64,000 nt of DNA from Octopus bimaculoides (taxonomy: Eukaryota). The stretch spans positions 28,056,753 to 28,120,752 of the forward strand of contig NC_068998.1 of NCBI RefSeq assembly GCF_001194135.2. Reading direction: 5' to 3'. Below the pieces are notes generated by a model, which was not told the origin of the DNA, ran no database searches, and saw only the letters and a program-made list of their open reading frames with translations. The first letter of the stretch is position 1. Each line of letters opens with the position of its first letter. Made by a program: the position numbers and the translations under genes. Of this stretch, positions 13,180 to 25,300 are shown piece after piece.

Positions 13180-14579
13180 GTGCATGTATGTATGTGTGTA
13201 TATATGTTTGTGTGTCTGTGTTTGTCCCCCCCCCCCAACATCGCTTGACAACCGATGCTGGTGTGTTTACGTCCCCATAACTTAGTGGTTTGACAAAAGA
13301 GACCAATAGAATGAGTACTAGGCTTATAAAGAATAAGTCCTAGGTTTGATTTACTCGAATAAAAGCGGTGCTCCAGCATGGCCACAGTCAAATGACTGAA
13401 ACAAGTAAAAGAGCCAATCAAATCATCAACTACAAAAGGTAGACAGTCACCATATTCAATCTCTAACAGAGAATGTTTATACATCTATTAAATTCAAAGT
13501 GGATGAGGAGAGAATTATTGATTACAATAGATAAGTTAACATTAAGCAATTCTTATCAACAATAATAGTGACCTATGCCTTGCCATTCTCTTATAAGCTG
13601 GCATTGTAAAATAATGTCACTGACTAAACACTGTCAATGGTTATGTCTGCTGTGCAATTCATTGTATAAAAGACCAGAGGAATAAGTATCATACTTGGAA
13701 ATAAGCAAGGGTTGGAGACATGAGGGGCATCCAGCTATGGAATATTGCCTCAATTTAGTCTCATCCAACTCATGCCAGCATGGAAAAAACAGCTGTAAAA
13801 ATGATGATCATGAAGAAGATGATGATGAGGACACTGATTGAATGCTTTTGTTATACTTTCAAAAAAACCAGATTAACAGGTGGATTCATAATAAACATGG
13901 CAATTCAAACAAAACTTGTCAACTTACCAGCATTGAAGGCCCTTTAGCTGCCCAGTCTCTGGAAGAACCAGAACCATATTCTTTTCCTGCTAATATGATA
14001 ACACTATTATTGCTTTGCTTATATTTTTCAGCTGCATCAAATACATCCATCTGAAGAAGATAAAAAAAAAAAGCATTTTATATATGAGGTCTCATTAAAA
14101 TTACAGCTAGGATTAGAAAATATTTTTTCCCTAAAAACTTATAGGGCAATCCAACTCTAGAGATGACTCTCATTTCAGTTTGAAAAGACATGTTTAAAGT
14201 GCACCAGGGTTGCTTATATAATTCCTGAAAATGATATCATAGTGGATTTAAGGATAAAAAAAAAATACTGACATAATATACATCTTACAAATTACATTGA
14301 ATTGCACAATGTAATTTCTGATTCAAAAATCCATAGTAGCTTGAAGACCAGCAAAGGTTTTGAATTTGGAATCAAACATAAATTAAAAGAATAAATTCTT
14401 TTTTTAAATCTAGGACTCAAAATTTATCAAAAACCAACCACAATATTTACATTCGATGGGTATTTGTCGTCATCTTGTTTGTTGTTAACACAACGTTTTG
14501 GCTGATATACCCTCCAGCCTTCATCAGGTGTCTTGGGGAAATTTCGAACCTGGGTTCTCATTCCTAAGGTATTTTTCGA

Positions 14580-14616
<37 letters not shown>

Positions 14617-17600
14617 GTTATTGTTATTGTTCAGGTCACCGCTTGGAATCGAACTTGGAATCTTGGGGTTGGTAGCCCACGCTCTTAACCACAACACCAT
14701 ATGCCCGTGGGTGTAGTGGTTAAGAGCGCGGGCTACTCACCCCAAAATTCCGAGTTCGATTCCAAGCAGTGACCTGAACAATAACAATAATAATAATAAC
14801 ATCAAAAAATACCTTAGGAATGAGAACCCAGGTTCGAAATTTCCCCAAGACACCTGAAGAAGACAGGAGGGTATATCAGCTGAAACGTTGTATTAACAAA
14901 CAAGATGAGGACAAATATCTGTCGAATGTAAATAATGTACATAATTCCTCATCTCTTAAATATAGAATTGAACCAACCACAATGCCTATATTAAATGGAA
15001 TTCAATGCAAAGTAACCATTTAATAAGATAAATTTCATTGCTAATACAATAAAAACATTTGCATATTGGGAAATCTAGAATAAAACAGATTTTTAAGTAA
15101 ACTGTAAAACTTTGGTATATTTCTTCAGTAGTTCTTTAATAGCAATAACCACACTTACATGTGTAACATTTACAAAAATGTACAAGTATTGTATATTTTA
15201 CTGTAGCTAAAGGAATCTTAAGTCACCTCCTACTAGAGGGAGTCTTTTTTGCCTCTCATTATTTTGCAAGTTATTTGACAACATTCACCCGTGCCAGTGT
15301 CACGAAACAAGCCCCAAGTACACTCTGTAAAGTGGTTGGCATTAAGAAGGACAGCCAGCTGTAGAAACCATGCCAAAGCAGACATTGGAGCTCAATTGCA
15401 ATGCCCTGGTTCATTGGATCCTGTCAAATAGTCCAACCAATACCAGCATGGAAAATGGACATTAAATGATTATGAAACTGGCATTCTAAAACTCTGTTTA
15501 AGGCAAATGCTTAAAACATTTTAAACCTACCTCACTTGCATCACTCAGAAAGGTAGAGAAAGACAAAGAACTTGTGTTGGCACTTAGGAGAAATATACAT
15601 TAAAGATATAAAAAATAACCATTTAGGGGTGTTAGCTCTAAGATTAATACACAGGGTTACAGAAACTGCTTGTCTTGAAGATGGGATATGCAGTTATATA
15701 TACTACAATATCTAATGCTAAGTACTCAGAGAACAAAAGTTAAAGAATTTGCCATTATAAACATATAATTTCAAACAACATTACCGTGAGCTAACAAAGG
15801 TTGATATTCTTAGTTATCAAAAAAAAAAAAAAAAGCTGTCTACACATACATATATAGCTTTAATCACTAAACCTTATTCCAAGTAAAAAGAACTAAGCAT
15901 AAGACAAAAGAAGAGACACTGAGATTTCAAAATACATGTTTAACTACATTCATCCTTAAAAATTCTTAAATTGTATTTTGTTTTATTTTCAACTGATTTC
16001 AAGTGTCACAACATCCTTTTGTTGCCTTAAAGATTCATAAAATAATGCTGTAAAATGATGACAAGTCCAGCACTAATAACACTAACTGAACTAAAGAGAA
16101 ACAAAAGATGCATTCATCTTGCTTATAATCGTTTCTGAGGAACTTTTGCAGAAAAGAGGTATACATGAGTGAATCAACCTGATTATATTACTGGTATTTA
16201 TTTTACTGACACAGAAGGGGTGAAAGGTAATGTCAACTCTGGCAAGATTTGTGTATATAATACGTTTATCTTCTCCTTTCGTCAGTGTCAATGTACGAGG
16301 TGGTATCGAAAATCTCCTGGACTAGTTGTGTTTTAATAAAAAATAACTTATTTACCTAAGTTTTAATATCATCTCCTTCAAAATAGTCACCTTGCACCGG
16401 TTCCTGCATTCCTGCCACTTTTGGAATCTGGCCTGGAAATTGTTTTTTGTAAGTGAGTGCGATTTGCTCTTGGTCTCGACAAGTGTTAAAATGGCAACCT
16501 TTGAGCTCGGTTATAGGGTGCAATGATGTCGTGAAGAATCCAATTCTTTGTGGTCCACAGATACAGTCGCTTTCGCTGAATGTCCTCCCTCAAATGCTTC
16601 AAAACGTTGATTGTCCTCCAATGATCCTTTTGATGACTTTTCCACATTTCTGGGGTGTGACGCTCATGGCAAGACTTCCAGATTGCTCATTGTCTTCCAG
16701 GGATGTTCTTCCACTTTTGAAGTGCCTGTGTCACTTGAAACATTGCGTTCGATCCATTGCCTTGTCACCATAAGCTTGTCAAAGCATGCTCAATGTTCCT
16801 GTAGCAGACTTCCCAAGCTTAATGCAAAATTTCACACTGGCTCTTTATTCCAACTTTCTGTCCATGACAAAAATTGCAAACTACAGCATACATGTGATCA
16901 CAAAAACACAAATTTCACTGAAGTAAACACAGTGATGCCACTCAGCACGCTGCCTCATGAAGGTCACTGCACATGCAACCATGTACTGCCACCTGTTGGT
17001 GCATTACAGAACTAGTCTGGTAACATTTTGATACCACCTCATATATTCTTATTTCCATTTCATGAACACACAACTCAGAGAGCCTTTCTGTTTGACATTA
17101 ATAGATAATCATGCTCTATTTCAAATAATCAGACTTCTAATTTTAATATCATACCACACAAATATTAAATCTATATAGAAAAACAGTCACTTACTGTGGC
17201 TCCAGTTGGTATGTGTAGAGTTTTAGGTCCTGGTTTAGACATAAATTTATTGACAAGTCTTATATTTGCAAAAGTGCCACGAACCATGACAGCATCATTA
17301 CCTCTGCGAGAACCATAAGAGTTAAATTCTCGAGGTTTCAGGCTAGGAAAGAAAACACGTGAATCTTTATTAGCACAAGCATTTTTCTTTATTTAAAACA
17401 CAAAAAGATAAATGTAAGAAAAAAATTAATTAAAAAAGTACTTAACAACAAACAGGCAATCAGGCAAACTGACTTACATGAAAGTAGAATAGGAGCAACA
17501 AAACTCAATAATACGGCTGCATTAAGAATTATATAACATCTAGTTATATGCCAACATAACAAATATTTTTTTACTACCACCTACGCATCAAAAAATTAAT

Positions 17601-19315
17601 CATTGCAAACCATACAAAAAAATTAACCAAACTGACACACCAAACTGAAATTTACTGCTTTTCCAAATTTAGTAATTGTCGTGATTTTTATCAATTCTAT
17701 GTACATAGGTACAGACAACAAATATACTTCCCACCTGACTTCACTGAAAAAGTCATCTATATATATAAAACGAAGGATATGTGTGTGTAGTATGTATGCA
17801 TTTCTACAGTTTTCAACTGATTTTCACCAAACTTTACACACATATTACTTTTCATGTACTATAACATTTTGCCCAGAGCTTCCATGTAAAGCGAGAAACC
17901 AAGGGAAAAGGTGCTTTACATAGGTTTTTCTCTAAAAACTACAGTTTTTAACCAATTCTCTCCCTTTGACTTCTGCAGTTTTCAACTGATTCTCTTGCTT
18001 ACATATATTCTCTCTCACCCTCTCTAAGTCTATGTCTGTTTCATTCACTCACACTATTTGTATGTTCTCCCTACAACATTACCTCACTTATTAAAAATTT
18101 TTTGCACTCTATCTATTTACATTTCTCCCTCTATCAAAAACCATTGTGATACAGCCGATAAGCCTTCATTACTAACCAATGAGAATTCAACCACGTCACT
18201 GAGCATGCGTTAGAAAAAGATATTCTAAAGTGGCTCAAGGTTTTTCCACTCAACCTATTTTCTTCTAGAGTTTTATCTGCTGAAATGGATTTGTAATTTC
18301 TGTTTACAAATTTTCTTTCTTGTGTGATATAATATCATTTCACTTTTATTCTTCTACTTTTGTATATGTGTTTGCATGTTTGATATGTCAAAGGATATTT
18401 TATACCATGGCGACAACATCACATATATGAGTGTGTATGTGTGCATGTCTCTCTTACTATATGTATGTGAGAGTATATGTGTGCATATCGTCACATTTTG
18501 TATATGAACGTGTATGTGCCTGCGAGTGTGTGTGTTTGCGTGCCCATTATGTACATTATTAAGCACACACATACATATACATGTGTGACAAGGACAGCTG
18601 GAGATGAAACTCGACAAAAAACAATTACGTGAACGGTCCAAGTCATATAAAAATACACATCTACCGTTCAATTAACAGTTCATAATTATCACGGCAGTTG
18701 CAAGGTATTTAGTTTGCTTATATTTGGTTAATTCACACTGCTTACAAAAATATAGACATACTACATACATAGAACTGCTTACAAAAATAGAGATTAATGT
18801 ATATTTTTTTCTATGTTCATAATTCTTTGCTTAAAATACTGAAAAAAAATATGCCACCAAAGAAAAGACATAATCTCTCCAGAAACACCTATAAAGTAAG
18901 GAGGTGTGCAGAAAACCAAAGGCAAGAGTCTCAAGAGATAAGGGACATGAGACTTTCTCGACATCAGTAAAGGCATGCTGCAGCATGTCAGATGGAGTCC
19001 CAAGAGAGAAGGGAGATGAGTCTTTCTCAAGATCAGCAAAGACATGCTGCACCACTTGATGCTGAATCATTAAAACAATGTTTAGCATGCCAGATTACAC
19101 AGAGGTCCAATAGAATAGCTCTCAGAAACAGACCACATACAAATTATTTCTCACAACACCTGGAGCTGCTTTCAGAAATTATCCAACACACTCTTATAAA
19201 AATGATAATTATGTCAAAATTGGTGAGCTAAACTATGCAAAGCTTTAAAATTTACTCCACAAATGTTTTGCTGTCAATGTTGCACTTTCCTGTATCACTT
19301 GTTTCAACGTAACTG

Positions 19316-19366
<51 letters not shown>

Positions 19367-22300
19367 AGCTATGCCATTTTAATACTGAGCAATGCTGGGT
19401 ATCTCTGCTAGTCTAAAATACAAAAATGAAAAAAAAGAAAATAATAGACATAATCATCCTTGATACATCTGCCTATATTCTGAATTGTTCCAAGTGCCAA
19501 AAGCACAATACTCTTGTTTTGAAAATCTGAAAATTATCCCCCCATTGACACTGGGAGACAAAATGACCTCAAAGAGGATTATAGGAAGACCGAACATATT
19601 CAACTGAAACACAATCTCACCCACTTCAAAATAACTTCTACACTAAATTCTGAATGAAAATATTCTGGTCTAAAAGGTAAATCAAGTTTCCATTATATAC
19701 ATTTTTTCACCCAATCCAAATGATTTCAACTAAGTTTACAATACTAACAAAAATAATCTCAAATCTGTTCTCATTTCTTCTAATCAACTATTATTTCACA
19801 TTTCTTTACATTTTCTGTTTTTTTAATGTTATTAAATTATACCTCACTTGTTTACTATTGTCAAATTCACAGGCCCAAATGATGTGCAAACTACCACTAG
19901 CAACAATTTGGCTGAAGATTAGCTCTAATTCTAATGAAATACCGGGGAGGAGAATAATAGAAGTTCACAGTGGTAAGCTCTGTCACAGTGAAAAGGGAAA
20001 CCAATTACAACAGCATTTTCATTCAAAACTGTTGAACTGAAACCATATTGAACCTGTCTGATATCAATCAGTAGGATTCACTAGACTGTCAGTCATGTGT
20101 ATATCAGATTTGTAAAACAAGAAAACTGAGTTCTGACGTTTTGTGCAGGCTCTTATCTTGTTTTACATACTGAAGAGTAAATTGTTTATATATCAAATGT
20201 TTAGCTCAAAGTTATCTATAAAGTTGACATACAATGTAAATCTAAGCCACATGACATCATAGCACTTGATAGATTTATTACTAACTAGTGATACAAATCA
20301 ACTATTTCACAATAACCAAGTCATAAATGCTATGTTATTTAGTATTGAGGTTGCTAACTACTCGACTACCAAACCAAATAGTAATCAAATTACATGGAGA
20401 TCTATATAGAGAGGAATAAGCTTTGATAAAGTTATAAAATATTAGAACTACAAAGGCAGAGAAGTGAACAAGACAGGAAGCATGTTTTCTTCAAAATTAG
20501 ACAAAAACAAAATATACCTACTTTAAAGAAGCTAAGTAACGAGCAGCAGGTGAATTTCTAGCAATGCTACCAGCTGGAGATATATGGTCTGTAGTAACAG
20601 AGTCTCCAAAATTCATAAGGACATAGGCATTTTTAATGGATTCAATAACAGGTAGTTCCTTAGTCTGGAAAAAAAAGTTGTTAAAATATAATCCTGAAAT
20701 TCTGTAAAGTTTAAAATTAATAATTTTCAAAAAACAATCAAAATCGAACGAAATTCGACGACTGGCACCCATGCCAACCTTTCCTTCATTGGACACTAAA
20801 CCCTGCTTGTGAAGACATGTTGGGCAAGTGAAATCGAAATTGTAATTGAACCAAATTCGATGACTGGCACCTGTACCAGTGGAGTGCTAACAGCACCGTC
20901 CGATCGTGATCATTGCCAGAGCAGCTGTCTGGCTTCTGTGCCGGTGGCATGTAAATAGTACCATTTGAGTGTGTTTGTTACCAGTGTCGCCTTACTGGAA
21001 CTTGTGCCGGTGATATGTGAAAAAACATTCGAGCGAGGTTGTTGCCAGTGCCGCTGGACTGGCTTCTGTGCAGGTGGCATGTAAAAAACACCATTTGAGC
21101 GTGGCCATTGCCAGTACTGCCTGACTGGCCCTCGTGCCGGTGGCACATAAAAGCACCCACTACACTCTTGGAGTAGTTGGCATTAGGAAGGGCATCCAAC
21201 TGTAGAAACTCTGCCAGATCAAATTGGAGCCTGGTGCAGCCATCTGGTTCATCAGTCCTCAGTCAAATCGTCCAACCCATGCTAGCATAGAAAGCGGATG
21301 TTAAACGATGATGATGATGAATCGAAACATTTTCATTGACAGAATCCAATCCAAATTATCTACATCATAACATGGTCTGTAAGCAACATTCAGTATTCAA
21401 AATAATCAAAGTCAGTCTCTTAATTTCTTCTTCTTGCAATATCGCTAATAGTATGGCTATTACTATTATAAAGGAAAGGGTGATTTAAAAGAATACCCAA
21501 GCTGTTTAATATTAAAGGAACAGTTGATTTATAGAAAGTTATGCTGTATGCATAATGTGAAGCTGGAATACAATGAGATTAATTCTTTTCTGTTTAAAAG
21601 CACAGTTAATAGAGATCTGAATTTAAGAAACTTTCCTTCGATCCATTTAAGTTTGTAAGGCTAATCACCTATTGAAAAATATATCTGATTATGAGGAATC
21701 TAAAACTGATTTTCACACACACATAACTCAAAATATATATAAGTTTTGAGAAGATAATTGTGAACACATCTATCATAGGGTAATTTTATAATTTCAATGC
21801 ATATAGATAAAAATTATAACGTACCATGTTATCAAAAAATGGAGGGGATTTAATGTATGATGACCTTGGATCCCAAGGGTACAATAAATCATCAGGTGTA
21901 GCAAGTTTATTCCAACGTTCATTACCAGTCTAAAATTGAAACAAAATGTAAGATTGGTTTTAATATAACAAACTTAACAGGTTAAAAAACATTATCTAGT
22001 TTTTAGAAAACATGGGTATATGCAAACAAAGGAACAAAGAGTAATAAACATTATTTGAAAAAAAAAAAAAAAGGAAACAAAAACTTTACAAATTATGTAT
22101 ATATAAATAATTTATTGTGTTTTGTTGCTATTTTTTAAATGTCTCTATTATAAATATTTGAAGTTTGCCTATCAAAGTTTACTTATATGGAAGTACACAA
22201 CAAAAGTTTTTTGAGTACTGACTTGTATCAACAAAATAATCTATAAGTAAGCAAAAGATTAGTAGTGATTCCACTGCAAGTAGGCAGTGCACCCAAACAC

Positions 22301-25300
22301 TGCCATTATGTGATTAAAGCATGTTTTGAATTATCCAGGCTCAAAACATGCTTCAGTAAAAAACTTGGCTTTTTATAAATATTCTTTTTAATATAAACTT
22401 ACAGTAAGACTTCCAGATTTGTAAAAACAAAATTACCAAACTAAATAATGTAAATTATTAGATTATACAAAAAAAAAAAACCCTAACAATTTTGCATTTT
22501 TGGCAAATGTTAGAAAACTACAGCATCTCTGAATATGGCTTTATCCAATGTTTCTAAAAATATACAATCACATCATCAAAATTTCAAATCTACAAGATAA
22601 TGCATAATTATTTCAATAAATAAGTATTACATTTATTGGTGTAATCTCAATTCTGTGTTAATCAGATTACATAGCACGATTTTCTTAAATCTCAGCTGAT
22701 TAATAATAAAGAGGGGGAAATTACAGCTAATAACTTAGGTGAGTTGCAAAGACTAAAAAGAAATCGGACAAGCATGCTCCAATGGATGTATAATGTTAAT
22801 GTGCATGAATCCAAATCCAAAAGTGCACTAGAAAAAATGCTGCACTGGTAGGATCATGTGATGCATATGGAGGTGGACTCCTACATAAAGAAGTGGCAAG
22901 CACTTCAAGTTAGTTGAAGCTGTGGAAGGAGACTAAAGAAAACATATGAAGTGGTAAAGGCTGACCTGAAGAGGCAGCATCTGACAGAAGTGACTAGGGG
23001 CTGTACTGATGGTGATATGTGTGTGGTAGTGCAGCAAACCTACCCACTCATGGCTAAATGTACCGACATGACTGTAGTGTTTAGAGGCTGAGATATTTTG
23101 CACCATGCCAAGCCTATATTTACTACCCCTACCTCACCTTATCCTCCACCATCTACTATTGTTTATCCACCCTTCATCTTCCTCTTTATCATTCATAACC
23201 CTGTATCATTAATTTTCCCTATCACCTGTTTTAACTGTATCATCCCCACCCCTCTGACTCCCTTGCACCACCCTAAGCCTATGTGTAAGAGACTGCAATG
23301 AATCACACTCATCTTCTAGCTAGTACACTCAAACTTTGCCTTTCCGTACTGTCAACCATCACTCCCTTTACTCTGAGCCATTTCTATTGCCACCCATCAC
23401 CTACTCACAACTTTATTTCATCACTCAAACTTATCTTTGTCCACCTCTGCAGTTGCCAACCACATCACCCCCAAATAAGTCTGATTTTCTCATTATACTC
23501 TTGCATCTTTTACCCATCCATTCTGGTTTTTCTGATATTATTACTCTGTCTTTCCTATTCCCCTCTTTGGTCACCTGAACAAATGTACATACCTTGGGAT
23601 ATTGAGTACTCTCTATCCTTACTATGTACAAGGTGCTCTCTCCCTCCTATGCTGGTCACTCAAGATCCCTCCCTTCCATAGGGACTGGTGAACTAAACAT
23701 CCTCCCTTCAACTGGTGCCATGAAAAATGTATCCAGTTTGCACTACACAGTAATTGGTAAATGAGAACAGTCATAAGGTCCCTTTAATCTTGTCTCACTG
23801 GAGACTTTTTAACATCTCTAGCATTGAAAATGCACCCAGTACACTCTGTAAACTGTTCCACAATAGTAAGATCATCCAACCATACAAACCAGATCAAATG
23901 ACACGTATTAATATTAGTGTGTGGGAGCAACAGCTTCTAATAAGAAATGACTTGTGCCCTGATGATCCAACCAACCCATGCCAGTATGGAAAACAGACAT
24001 GTAAAAAAATGATGATTAGATCAAGTAATAAAAACTGTAAAAGTGTCCTTGTTAAGTTTAAGCAGAGAGTTGAGTTGGATTAGAGGCTGTATGGTGGGTT
24101 GTTACTTTCTGAGTAGATAAGATAATTTCAAAGGAGCTTTGCAATAAACAAAATCTCTCTCTCTCATCCCCCCCCCCCTTTTTTTTGACGGGTTTCCATT
24201 TGTTGTTGTTTTGTCCTAGGCCAGTGCTGATTAAACAGTAATGGGATCAAAAACATTCCAATGCACCTTCTACTTATTAGATCTAGGGCTAGTGTCCTCC
24301 CTTCTTACGACAGGACATATGAGCTGTTTTATTTTTAGCAAGTTCAGGAGAATAACATTAAAATATATCAACAGAAACAAATATCTGTGTTGGCAGACTA
24401 ACTACAAGTCAGAATTGAAGGTGCATTAGATGCACCACAATAAATGATAGCATGAGCAGCCATGGACTAACTGCATAACATTGACATCAAGATCAAGATG
24501 ATCTGCTGAATAGAGATGGTGATAGTATTTGAGATAGATAGTGGAAATTTAAGAAACTAGTACCCACATTAACTCTTTCACATTTAAACCATCCACATTC
24601 AATCCAAATATTCTAGCTGTTTTATGTTCAAACCAGCCAGATCCAGTCTCTCACACCTACACTACAATATCATTCTAAAAATAAACGATCACATCATCAA
24701 AATCTTGACGTTATGAGACAAAGCATGATTAATTCAAAACAATGAGAATAAATAAGCATTATATTTAACAGAATAATTTGGATGCTAAAGAATTAACCAA
24801 ACAGAGTTTTTTTTCCATTATAAAGACAGTCTATAAAAGGCATGTAGTGAAAGTATCTGGTTATCAGAGGCAAAGAAGAAGGATGACTGATCTGGTATAA
24901 GACATGCAATTTGAAAAGATGATATAGACAAATATGTGACAAAAGTTGAAGATATGGAAGATGTTAGATCTGAGATATCTGTGCTTTGCAAATGTAATGA
25001 GACAAGATATAAGACAGTAAATTGCTGACTAACAGATACCTGCAATTATGTTGATAAACAAAAAACTTCTCCTGTTGGTGGTGGTGGTAGGGATGATGAG
25101 AGCAGTGACAGCAATGTGGGAACTATGGAAATTCTTAACATAAAAATTGAAGTAGATTAAAAAAAAAAAATCACAGCTATACTTACTGTTATTTTTGAAT
25201 AGACTTCTTTGAACATAGCTGGAATTACATTCTTCTTTTCAACAACCTAAAAGTTTAAAATATTTCAAGATTAAAATTCTTAGAACAAAGGTAAAATGTT

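Noticed and set aside
12985-13484. Several ORFs with IYIYIY runs (also near 35711, 45633, 57165)
   Set aside because: These are translations of (TA)n microsatellites inside SINEs.
14700-14775. tRNA gene
   Set aside because: It has A and B boxes but no full cloverleaf, and sits in a multi-copy repeat, so it is a tRNA-derived SINE head.
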